From Haplodiscus bocki (taxonomy: Eukaryota): DNA of 64,000 bases. A program made the position numbers and the translations under genes. The notes beneath the pieces were generated by a model. That model saw only the letters and a program-made list of their open reading frames with translations. It ran no database searches and had not been told where the DNA came from. Below are positions 27,901 through 40,479 of the stretch, piece by piece (the stretch's first letter is position 1; each line of letters opens with the position of its first letter). The stretch is taken from positions 35,340,001-35,404,000 of the forward strand of contig OZ296659.1 in NCBI GenBank assembly GCA_965655095.1, given 5' to 3'.

Positions 27901-30900
27901 ATCTGAGTCGTTCTTTTCCTGACTCAGGAATCAAATATTTGACTTCACTGGAAACAACAATGTTCGCAGATACCCTTGGTGCGTTCCTTCTTTCAATTGG
28001 GAATGCTTGGGGCAATATCTTAATGTCTGAGACAAATGCATGCAACTTCTATGCCCTCAAATATTAACTATCACCCAGAGGCTCACATGCACTTCTGCGC
28101 ACAGGTGTGCTTGATGAAACGGAGTTACTCTAGCGATCACGTCTCCACTCGCTTTTTTTCCGGACAGATGCATCCAAAAACTTTGATGTGTTGGGTTTTT
28201 GAGACAAAACTACAGGCATTTTTAACAGTTACTCTTTTTTAGTCATCAAAGCAACTTTTGCGAGCTGTTTCTGAAGATTTCATTCAAAATCTTTTTCCGC
28301 ATTTATCAGAGAGACTCGTTGATCATGATGAAACATCAATGTCTCATAATTTGACAGTGCTTTTTGGCGAAGGTATCTGTTGCCATCAACTTCAGCAAGA
28401 GAGCAGTCGGGGGTCAAAAATAACCAGTCACTCCGACTGAAAAACACGTGGTTCTTTTTGATAACTGTATTCAAAGCTATAGAAAATCATCTGCATTGGA
28501 AAATACTGTTTCTTATCACGTAACTTTAGTGAAAATAAATTTCGAGAAGTTATATAAAAGTTAATACAAACATTGAGTTCATGAAACTTGCTGCCAAAAT
28601 AAAAACAACATCAAATTAAAACTTTGTAGCTGATTCATTAGGTGAAAGCAATCAAGGAATTCATTATTAACATCAGAGTAAAAATCATCAGCTTCGGATA
28701 CAAAATCCCCGTCTCCGTTTCATCCTGTTGTGTTGCTAATTGTATCTGTCCTTGCTTTGTTGACTGCTCTTCTGTTTTTGAAGAAAGAGTTCTTGAAATT
28801 TGGAAAAGGAAACTTGTTTTGTATTTCACCTGAAGAGTGAAAATTCTGCTACTTACTTTTGAGTTAGATTTTGGAAACTGATCTCCAAAAATATAGCGCT
28901 TTAGAGATTAACGGAATTACTAACAACTACCAGCAAAATGTCTCGAAATCGCTTTCGAGAGTTGTTCAATATACCACTCTGCTGACTTCAGAACGTGCAC
29001 TTTTGAGACAGTAGGAAGAACGTAGACATGAGCCGATTTCGATACGGGATTTTTGTTCTCAGGAAGAAATACTGAAGTTGTAAACTTACTGAAGCTTTCG
29101 CTTGAAGTTCTGTTCAGTCCATTTCCTGAATCAAAGCCCAAGAATAGATACACGATTAGAAGGGCTAACGTCTGAATGCATCAACACCCTCTGCATCTGC
29201 TTTTGATCTCCCACCTTTTCTTTCAGAATTTTTCATGCAATCAGGGAGTCCCTCATTTCCCCAAATTGCCGCTCTGAGGTACCTCCAATACTTCTCTTCG
29301 TTGCAACCAATGCAGCTTTTTTCTGGAGTCTTGCCTTTTCAGAAACTTCCATCGCTCGCCATGGGCTCCTCCTTCTTCTGAATCAAGCTTGTGCTCTGAC
29401 CTTTCGCTTTGCTTTCCGGCGGCATCTTTGAGGTAAATCGATGCGGTTTCATTCAAACACGAATTGCTTCGACTTCCTAAAGAACTTCCTACCAGTTAAT
29501 GAGAAGAAATGGAACCTGCCTAACTTTCAGGTAACTCAGAGCTAACACACAATGGTATAGACGTACTATAATTTTTGCTAACAAGTGACTTGAGTGAAAC
29601 AATTTGTTTTTGTAAATCATCATTCTGGGACTGCAAGGCGTCTTTATATTTTGTCAACAAGGACACAAATTGTAGCCCAGATTGGTAGAACTTTTCTGCT
29701 AACTCAATATGAATCTTCAGCACTGGCGAAAATCGAAGCTGATTGGGTTGTGCACCGTGTTTTTTCCCTTTATGCCAAAAAATCAATCTGAGTCGTTCTT
29801 TTCCTGACTCAGGAATCAAATATTTGACTTCACTGGAAACAACAATGTTCGCAGATACCCTTGGTGCGTTCCTTTTTTCAATTGGGAATGCTTGGGGCAA
29901 TATCTTAATGTCTGAGACAAATGCATGCAACTTCTATGCCCTCAAATATTAACTATCACCCAGAGGCTCACATGCACTTCTGCGCACAGGTGTGCTTGAT
30001 GAAACGGAGTTACTCTAGCGATCACGTCTCCACTCGCTTTTTTTCCGGACAGATACATCCAAAAACTTTGATGTGTTGGGTTTTGGAGACAAAACTACAG
30101 GCATTTTTAACAGTGATTCTTTTTTAGTCATCAAAGCAACTTTTGCGAGCTGTTTCCGAAGATTTCATACAAAATCTTTTTCCGCATTTATCAGAGAGAC
30201 TCGTTGATCATGATGAAACATCAATGTCTCATAATTTGACAGTGCTTTTTGGCGAAGGGATCTGTTGCCATCAACTTCAGCAAGAGAGCAGTCGGGGGTC
30301 AAAAATAACCAGTCACTCCGACTGAAAAACACGTGGTTCTTTTTGATAACTGTATTCAAAGCTATAGAAAATCATCTGCATTGGAAAATACTGTTTCTTA
30401 TCACGTAACTTTAGTGAAAATAAATTTCGAGAAGTTATATAAAAGTTAATACAAACATTGAGTTCGTGAAACTTGCTGCCAAAATAAAGACAACATAAAA
30501 TTAAAACTTTGTAGCTGATTCATTAGGTGAAAGCAATCAAGGAATTCATTATTAACATCAGAATAAAAATCATCAACTTCGGATACAAAATCCCCGTCTC
30601 CATTCCATCCTGTTGTGTTGCTAATTGTATCTGTCCTTGCTTTGTTGACTGCTCTTCTGTTTTTGAAGAAAGAGTTCTTGAAATTTGGAAAAGGAAACTT
30701 GTTTTGTATTTCACCTGAAGAGTGAAAATTCTGCTACTTACTTTTGAGTTAGATTTTGGAAACTGATCTTCAAAAATATAGCGCTTTAGAGATTAACGGA
30801 ATTACTAACAACTACCAGCAAAATGTCTCGAAATCGTTTTCGAGCGTTGTTCAATATACCACTCTGCTGACTTCAGAACGTGCACTTTTGAGACAGTAGG

Positions 30901-32408
30901 AAGAACGTAGACATGAGCCGATTTCGATACGGGATTTTTTGTTCTCAGGAAGAAATACTGAAGTTGTAAACTTACTGAAGCTTTCGCTTGAAGTTCTGTT
31001 CAGTCCATTTCCTGGATCAAAGCCCAAGAATAGATACACGATTAGAAGGGCTAACGTCTGAATGCATCAACACCCTCTGCATCTGCTTTTGATCTCCCAC
31101 CTTTTCTTTCGGAATCTTTCATGCAATCAGGGAGTCCCTCATTTCCCCAAATTGCCGCTCTGAGGTACCTCCAATACTTCTCTTCGTTGCAACCAATGCA
31201 GCTTTTTTCTGGAGTCTTGCCTTTTCAGAAACTTCCATCGCTCGCCATGGGCTCCTCCTTCTTCTGAATCAAGCTTGTGCTCTGACCTTTCGCTTTGCTT
31301 TCCGGCGGCATCTTTGAGGTAAATCGATGCGGTTTCATTCAAACACGAATTGCTTCGACTTCCTAAAGAACTTCCTACCAGTTAATGAGAAGAAATGGAA
31401 CCTGCCTAACTTTCAGGTAACTCAGAGCTAACACACAATGGTATGGATGTACTATAATTTTCGCTAACAAGTGACTTGAGTGAAACAACTTGTTTTTGTA
31501 AATCGTCATTCTGGGACTGCCAGACGTCTTTATATTTTGTCAACGAGGACACAAATTGTAGCCCAGATTGGTGGAACTTTTCTGCTAACTCGATATGAAT
31601 CTTCAGCACTGGCGAAAATCGAAGCTGATTGGGTTGTGTACCCTGTTTTTTCCCTTTATGCCAAAAAATCAATCTGAGTCGTTCTTTTCCTGACTCAGGA
31701 ATCAAATATTTGACTTCACTGGAAACAACAATGTTCGCAGATACCCTTGGTGCGTTCCTTTTTTCAATTGGGAATGCTTGGGGCAATATCTTAATGTCTG
31801 AGACAAATGCATGCAACTTCTATGCCCTCAAATATTAACTATCACCCAGAGGCTCACATGCACTTCTGCGCACAGGTGTGCTTGATGAAACGGAGTTACT
31901 CTAGCGATCACGTCTCCACTCGCTTTTTTTCCGGACAGATACATCCAAAAACTTTGATGTGTTGGGTTTTTGAGACAAAACTACAGGCATTTTTAACAGT
32001 TACTCTTTTTTAGTCATCAAAGCAACTTTTGCGAGCTGTTTCCGAAGATTTCATACAAAATCTTTTTCCGCATTTATCAGAGAGACTCGTTGATCATGAT
32101 GAAACATCAATGTCTCATAATTTGACAGTGCTTTTTGGCGAAGGGATCTGTTGCCATCAACTTCAGCAAGAGAGCAGTCGGGGGTCAAAAATAACCAGTC
32201 ACTCCGACTGAAAAACACGTGGTTCTTTTTGATAACTGTATTCAAAGCTATAGAAAATCATCTGCATTGGAAAATACTGTTTCTTATCACGTAACTTTAG
32301 TGAAAATAAATTTCGAGAAGTTATATAAAAGTTAATACAAACATTGAGTTCGTGAAACTTGCTGCCAAAATAAAGACAACATAAAATTAAAACTTTGTAG
32401 CTGATTCA

Positions 32409-32924
32409 TTAGGTGAAAGCAATCAAGGAATTCATTATTAACATCAGAATAAAAATCATCAACTTCGGATACAAAATCCCCGTCTCCATTTCATCCTGTT
32501 GTGTTGCTAATTGTATCTGTCCTTGCTTTGTTGACTGCTCTTCTGTTTTTGAAGAAAGAGTTCTTGAAATTTGGAAAAGGAAACTTGTTTTGTATTTCAC
32601 CTGAAGAGTGAAAATTCTGCTACTTACTTTTGAGTTAGATTTTGGAAACTGATCTCCAAAAATATAGCGCTTTAGAGATTAACGGAATTACTAATAACTA
32701 CCAGCAAAATGTCTCGAAATCGTTTTCGAGCGTTGTTCAATATACCACTCTGCTGACTTCAGAACGTCCACTTTTGAGACAGTAGGAAGAACGTAGAGAT
32801 GAGCCGATTTCGATACGGGTTTTTTGTTCTCAGGAAGAAATACTGAAGTTGTAAACTTACTGAAGCTTTCGCTTGAAGTTCTGTTCAGTCCATTTCCTGG
32901 ATCAAAGCCCAAGAATAGATACAC
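32409..32924 (-). pseudogene. Possible C-terminal continuation of the relic frame (YLFLGFDPG...RHFAGS then ...QVKYKTSF...LIAFT), one frameshift away from the main relic
   Basis: ORFs 32691-32924 and 32409-32600 share a frame, separated by TAG TAA TTC CGT TAA. ORF 19231-19497 shows the rest of the linker open. An alternative frame here (…NTTG*NGDGDFVSEVDDFYSD…) is also long, so the ancestral frame is uncertain. Confidence 0.35.
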
Positions 32925-35900
32925 GATTAGAAGGGCTAACGTCTGAATGCATCAACACCCTCTGCATCTGCTTTTGATCTCCCACCTTTTCTTTCAGAAT
33001 CTTTCATGCAATCAGGGAGACCCTCATTTCCCCAAATTGCCGCTCTGAGGTACCTCCAATACTTCTCTTCGTTGCAACCAATGCAGCTTTTTCTGGAGTC
33101 TTGCCTTTTCAGAAACTTCCATCGCTCGCCATGGGCTCCTCCTTCTTCTGAATCAAGCTTGTGCTCTGACCTTTGGCTTTGCTTTCCGGTGGCATCTTTG
33201 AGGTAAATCGATGCGGTTTCATTCAAACACGAATTGCTTCGACTTCCTAAAGAACTTCCTACCAGTTAATGAGAAGAAATGGAACCTGCCTAACTTTCAG
33301 GTAACTCAGAGCTAACACACAATGGTTTAGACGTACTATAATTTTCGCTAACAAGTGACTTGAGTGAAACAACTTGTTTTTGTAAATCGTCATTCTGGGA
33401 CTGCAAGACGTCTTTATATTTTGTCAACGAGGACACAAATTGTAGCCCAGATTGGTGGAACTTTTCTGCTAACTCTATATGAATCTTCAGCACTGGCGGA
33501 AATCGAAGCTGATTGGGTTGTGCACCCTGTTTTTTCCCTTTATGCCAAAAAATCAATCTGAGTCGTTCTTTTCCTGACTCAGGAATCAAATATTTGACTT
33601 CACTGGAAACAACAATGTTCGCAGATACCCTTGATTTGTTCCTTTTTTCAATTGGGAGTGCTTGGGGCAATATCTTAATGTCTGAGACAAATGCATGCAA
33701 CTTCTATGCCCTCAAATATTAACTATCACCCAGAGGCTCACATGCACTTCTGCGCACAGGTGTGCTTGATGAAACGGAGTTACTCTAGCGATCACGTCTC
33801 CACTCGCTTTTTTTCCGGACAGATACATCCAAAAACTTTGATGTGTTGGGTTTTTGAGACAAAACTACAGGCATTTTTAACAGTTACTCTTTTTTAGTCA
33901 TCAAAGCAACTTTTGCGAGCTGTTTCCGAAGATTTCATACAAAATCTTTTTCCGCATTTATCAGAGAGACTCGTTGATCATGATGAAACATCAATGTCTC
34001 ATAATTTGACAGTGCTTTTTGGCGAAGGGATCTGTTGCCATCAACTTCAGCAAGAGAGCAGTCGGGGGTCAAAAATAACCAGTCACTCCGACTGAAAAAC
34101 ACGTGGTTCTTTTTGATAACTGTATTCAAAGCTATAGAAAATCATCTGCATTGGAAAATACTGTTTCTTATCACGTAACTTTAGTGAAAATAAATTTCGA
34201 GAAGTTATATAAAAGTTAATACAAACATTGAGTTCGTGAAACTTGCTGCCAAAATAAAGACAACATAAAATTAAAACTTTGTAGCTGATTCATTAGGTGA
34301 AAGCAATCAAGGAATTCATTATTAACATCAGAATAAAAATCATCAACTTCGGATACAAAATCCCCGTCTCCATTTCATCCTGTTGTGTTGCTAATTGTAT
34401 CTGTCCTTGCTTTGTTGACTGCTCTTCTGTTTTTGAAGAAAGAGTTCTTGAAATTTGGAAAAGGAAACTTGTTTTGTATTTCACCTGAAGAGTGAAAATT
34501 CTGCTACTTACTTTTGAGTTAGATTTTGGAAACTGATCTCCAAAAATATAGCGCTTTAGAGATTAACGGAATTACTAATAACTACCAGCAAAATGTCTCG
34601 AAATCGTTTTCGAGCGTTGTTCAATATACCACTCTGCTGACTTCAGAACGTCCACTTTTGAGACAGTAGGAAGAACGTAGAGATGAGCCGATTTCGATAC
34701 GGGTTTTTTGTTCTCAGGAAGAAATACTGAAGTTGTAAACTTACTGAAGCTTTCGCTTGAAGTTCTGTTCAGTCCATTTCCTGGATCAAAGCCCAAGAAT
34801 AGATACACGATTAGAAGGGCTAACGTCTGAATGCATCAACACCCTCTGCATCTGCTTTTGATCTCCCACCTTTTCTTTCGGAATCTTTCATGCAATCAGG
34901 GAGTCCCTCATTTCCCCAAATTGCCGCTCTGAGGTACCTCCAATACTTCTCTTCGTTGCAACCAATGCAGCTTTTTTCTGGAGTCTTGCCTTTTCAGAAA
35001 CTTCCATCGCTCGCCATGGGCTCCTCCTTCTTCTGAATCAAGCTTGTGCTCTGACCTTTCGCTTTGCTTTCCGGCGGCATCTTTGAGGTAAATCGATGCG
35101 GTTTCATTCAAACACGAATTGCTTCGACTTCCTAAAGAACTTCCTACCAGTTAATGAGAAGAAATGGAACCTGCCTAACTTTCAGGTAACTCAGAGCTAA
35201 CACACAATGGTATGGATGTACTATAATTTTCGCTAACAAGTGACTTGAGTGAAACAACTTGTTTTTGTAAATCGTCATTCTGGGACTGCCAGACGTCTTT
35301 ATATTTTGTCAACGAGGACACAAATTGTAGCCCAGATTGATGGAACTTTTCTGCTAACTCGATATGAATCTTCAGCACTGGCGAAAATCGAAGCTGATTG
35401 GGTTGTGTACCCTGTTTTTTCCCTTTATGCCAAAAAATCAATCTGAGTCGTTCTTTTCCTGACTCAGGAATCAAATATTTGACTTCACTGGAAACAACAA
35501 TGTTCGCAGATACCCTTGGTGCGTTCCTTTTTTCAATTGGGAATGCTTGGGGCAATATCTTAATGTCTGAGACAAATGCATGCAACTTCTATGCCCTCAA
35601 ATATTAACTATCACCCAGAGGCTCACATGCACTTCTGCGCACAGGTGTGCTTGATGAAACGGAGTTACTCTAGCGATCACGTCTCCACTCGCTTTTTTTC
35701 CGGACAGATACATCCAAAAACTTTGATGTGTTGGGTTTTTGAGACAAAACTACAGGCATTTTTAACAGTTACTCTTTTTTAGTCATCAAAGCAACTTTTG
35801 CGAGCTGTTTCCGAAGATTTCATACAAAATCTTTTTCCGCATTTATCAGAGAGACTCGTTGATCATGATGAAACATCAATGTCTCATAATTTGACAGTGC

Positions 35901-38900
35901 TTTTTGGCGAAGGGATCTGTTGCCATCAACTTCAGCAAGAGAGCAGTCGGGGGTCAAAAATAACCAGTCACTCCGACTGAAAAACACGTGGTTCTTTTTG
36001 ATAACTGTATTCAAAGCTATAGAAAATCATCTGCATTGGAAAATACTGTTTCTTATCACGTAACTTTAGTGAAAATAAATTTCGAGAAGTTATATAAAAG
36101 TTAATACAAACATTGAGTTCGTGAAACTTGCTGCCAAAATAAAGACAACATAAAATTAAAACTTTGTAGCTGATTCATTAGGTGAAAGCAATCAAGGAAT
36201 TCATTATTAACATCAGAATAAAAATCATCAACTTCGGATACAAAATCCCCGTCTCCATTTCATCCTGTTGTGTTGCTAATTGTATCTGTCCTTGCTTTGT
36301 TGACTGCTCTTCTGTTTTTGAAGAAAGAGTTCTTGAAATTTGGAAAAGGAAACTTGTTTTGTATTTCACCTGAAGAGTGAAAATTCTGCTACTTACTTTT
36401 GAGTTAGATTTTGGAAACTGATCTCCAAAAATATCGCGCTTTAGAGATTAACGGAATTACTAACAACTACCAGCAAAATGTCTCGAAATCGTTTTCGAGC
36501 GTTGTTCAATATACCACTCTGCTGACTTCAGAACGTGCACTTTTGAGACAGTAGGAAGAACGTAGACATGAGCCGATTTCGATACGGGATTTTTGTTCTC
36601 AGGAAGAAATACTGAAGTTGTAAACTTACTGAAGCTTTCGCTTGAAGTTCTGTTCAGTCCATTTCCTGGATCAAAGCCCAAGAATAGATACACGATTAGA
36701 AGGGCTAACGTCTGAATGCATCAACACGCTCTGCATCTGCTTTTGATCTCCCACCTTTTCTTTCGGAATCTTTCATGCAATCAGGGAGTCCCTCATTTCC
36801 CCAAATTGCCGCTCTGAGGTACCTCCAATACTTCTCTTCGTTGCAACCAATGCAGCTTTTTTCTGGAGTCTTGCCTTTTCAGAAACTTCCATCGCTCGCC
36901 ATGGGCTCCTCCAATTCTGAATCAAGCTTGTGCTCTGACCTTTCGCTTTGCTTTCCGGCGGCATCTTTGAGGTAAATCGATGCGGTTTCATTCAAACACG
37001 AATTGCTTCGACTTCCTAAAGAACTTCCTACCAGTTAATGAGAAGAAATGGAACCTGCCTAACTTTCAGGTAACTCAGAGCTAACACACAATGGTATGGA
37101 TGTACTATAATTTTCGCTAACAAGTGACTTGAGTGAAACAACTTGTTTTTGTAAATCGTCATTCTGGGACTGCCAGACGTCTTTATATTTTGTCAACGAG
37201 GACACAAATTGTAGCCCAGATTGGTGGAACTTTTCTGCTAACTCGATATGAATCTTCAGCACTGGCGAAAATCGAAGCTGATTGGGTTGTGTACCCTGTT
37301 TTTTCCCTTTATGCCAAAAAATCAATCTGAGTCGTTCTTTTCCTGACTCAGGAATCAAATATTTGACTTCACTGGAAACAACAATGTTCGCAGATACCCT
37401 TGGTGCGTTCCTTTTTTCAATTGGGAATGCTTGGGGCAATATCTTAATGTCTGAGACAAATGCATGCAACTTCTATGCCCTCAAATATTAACTATCACCC
37501 AGAGGCTCACATGCACTTCTGCGCACAGGTGTGCTTGATGAAACGGAGTTACTCTAGCGATCGCGTCTCCACTCGCTTTTTTTCCGGACAGATACATCCA
37601 AAAACTTTGATGTGTTGGGTTTTGGAGACAAAACTACAGGCATTTTTAACAGTGATTCTTTTTTAGTCATCAAAGCAACTTTTGCGAGCTGTTTCCGAAG
37701 ATTTCATACAAAATCTTTTTCCGCATCTATCAGAGAGACTCGTTGATCATGATGAAACATCAATGTCTCATAATTTGACAGTGCTTTTTGGCGAAGGGAT
37801 CTGTTGCCATCAACTTCAGCAAGAGAGCAGTCGGGGGTCAAAAATAACCAGTCACTCCGACTGAAAAACACGTGGTTCTTTTTGATAACTGTATTCAAAG
37901 CTATAGAAAATCATCTGCATTGGAAAATACTGTTTCTTATCACGTAACTTTAGTGAAAATAAATTTCGAGAAGTTATATAAAAGTTAATACAAACATTGA
38001 GTTCGTGAAACTTGCTGCCAAAATAAAGACAACATAAAATTAAAACTTTGTAGCTGATTCATTAGGTGAAAGCAATCAAGGAATTCATTATTAACATCAG
38101 AATAAAAATCATCAACTTCGGATACAAAATCCCCGTCTCCATTTCATCCTGTTGTGTTGCTAATTGTATCTGTCCTTGCTTTGTTGACTGCTCTTCTGTT
38201 TTTGAAGAAAGAGTTCTTGAAATTTGGAAAAGGAAACTTGTTTTGTATTTCACCTGAAGAGTGAAAATTCTGCTACTTACTTTTGAGTTAGATTTTGGAA
38301 ACTGATCTCCAAAAATATAGCGCTTTAGAGATTAACGGAATTACTAATAACTACCAGCAAAATGTCTCGAAATCGTTTTCGAGCGTTGTTCAATATACCA
38401 CTCTGCTGACTTCAGAACGTCCACTTTTGAGACAGTAGGAAGAACGTAGAGATGAGCCGATTTCGATACGGGATTTTTGTTCTCAGGAAGAAATACTGAA
38501 GTTGTAAACTTACTGAAGCTTTCGCTTGAAGTTCTGTTCAGTCCATTTCCTGGATCAAAGCCCAAGAATAGATACACGATTAGAAGGGCTAACGTCTGAA
38601 TGCATCAACACCCTCTGCATCTGCTTTTGATCTCCCAGCTTTTCTTTCAGAATCTTTCATGCAATCAGGGAGTACCTCATTTCCCCAAATTGCCGCTCTG
38701 AGGTACCTCCAATACTTCTCTTCGTTGCAACCAATGCAGCTTTTTTCTGGAGTCTTGCCTTTTCAGAAACTTCCATCGCTCGCCATGGGCTCCTCCTTCT
38801 TCTGAATCAAGATTGTGCTCTGACCTTTCGCTTTGCTTTCCGGCGGCATCTTTGAGGTAAATCGATGCGGTTTCATTCAAACACCAATTGCTTCGACTTC

Positions 38901-40479
38901 CTAAAGAACTTCCTACCAGTTAATGAGAAGAAATGGAACCTGCCTAACTTTCAGGTAACTCAGAGCTAACACACAATGGTATAGACGTACTATAATTTTT
39001 GCTAACAAGTGACTTGAGTGAAACAACTTGTTTTTGTAAATCGTCATTCTGGGACTGCAAGACGTCTTTATATTTTGTCAACGAGGACACAAATTGTAGC
39101 CCAGATTGGTGGAACTTTTCTGCTAACTCAATATGAATCTTCAGCACTGGCGAAAATCGAAGCTGATTGGGTTGTGCACCCTGTTTTTTCCCTTTATGCC
39201 AAAAAATCAATCTGAGTCGTTCTTTTCCTGACTCAGGAATCAAATATTTGACTTCACTGGAAACAACAATGTTCGCAGATACCCTTGGTGCGTTCCTTTT
39301 TTCAATTGGGAATGCTTGGGGCAATATCTTAATGTCTGAGACAAATGCATGCAACTTCTATGCCCTCAAATATTAACTATCACCCAGAGGCTCACATGCA
39401 CTTCTGCGCACAGGTGTGCTTGATGAAACGGAGTTACTCTAGCGATCATGTCTCCACTCGCTTTTTTTCCGGACAGATACATCCAAAAACTTTGATGTGT
39501 TGGGTTTTTGAGACAAAACTACAGGCATTTTTAACAGTTACTCTTTTTTAGTCATCAAAGCAACTTTTGCGAGCTGTTTCTGAAGATTTCATTCAAAATC
39601 TTTTTCCGCATTTATCAGAGAGACTCGTTGATCATGATGAAACATCAATGTCTCATAATTTGACAGTGCTTTTTGGCGAAGGGATCTGTTGCCATCAACT
39701 TCAGCAAGAGAGCAGTCGGGGGTCAAAAATAACCAGTCACTCCGACTGAAAAACACGTGGTTCTTTTTGATAACTCTATTCAAAGCTATAGAAAATCATC
39801 TGCATTGGAAAATACTGTTTCTTATCACGTAACTTTAGTGAAAATAAATTTCGAGAAGTTATATAAAAGTTAATACAAACATTGAGTTCGTGAAACTTGC
39901 TGCCAAAATAAAGACAACATAAAATTAAAACTTTGTAGCTGATTCATTAGGTGAAAGCAATCAAGGAATTCATTATTAACATCAGAGTAAAAATCATCAA
40001 CTTCGGATACAATATCCCCGTCTCCATTTCATCCTGTTGTGTTGCTAATTGTATCTGTCCTTGCTTTGTTGACTGCTCTTCTGTTTTTGAAGAAAGAGTT
40101 CTTGAAATTTGGAAAAGGAAACTTGTTTTGTATTTCACCTGAAGATTGAAAATTCTGCTACTTACTTTTGAGTTAGATTTTGGAAACTGATCTCCAAAAA
40201 TATAGCGCTTTAGAGATTAACGGAATTACTAACAACTACCAGCAAAATGTCTCGAAATCGTTTTCGAGCGTTGTTCAATATACCACTCTGCTGACTTCAG
40301 AACGTGCACTTTTGAGACAGTAGGAAGAACGTAGACATGAGCCGATTTCGATACGGGATTTTTGTTCTCAGGAAGAAATACTGAAGTTGTAAACTTACTG
40401 AAGCTTTCGCTTGAAGTTCTGTTCAGTCCATTTCCTGGATCAAAGCCCAAGAATAGATACACGATTAGAAGGGCTAACG

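Noticed and set aside
32286-32331. TCACGTAA plus TATATAAAAG as a plus-strand promoter in the AT-rich spacer
   Set aside because: The TATA-like motif is degraded in many copies (tttataaaag, tttagaaaag, taaagaaaag), faces away from the relic frame, and is expected by chance in AT-rich DNA.
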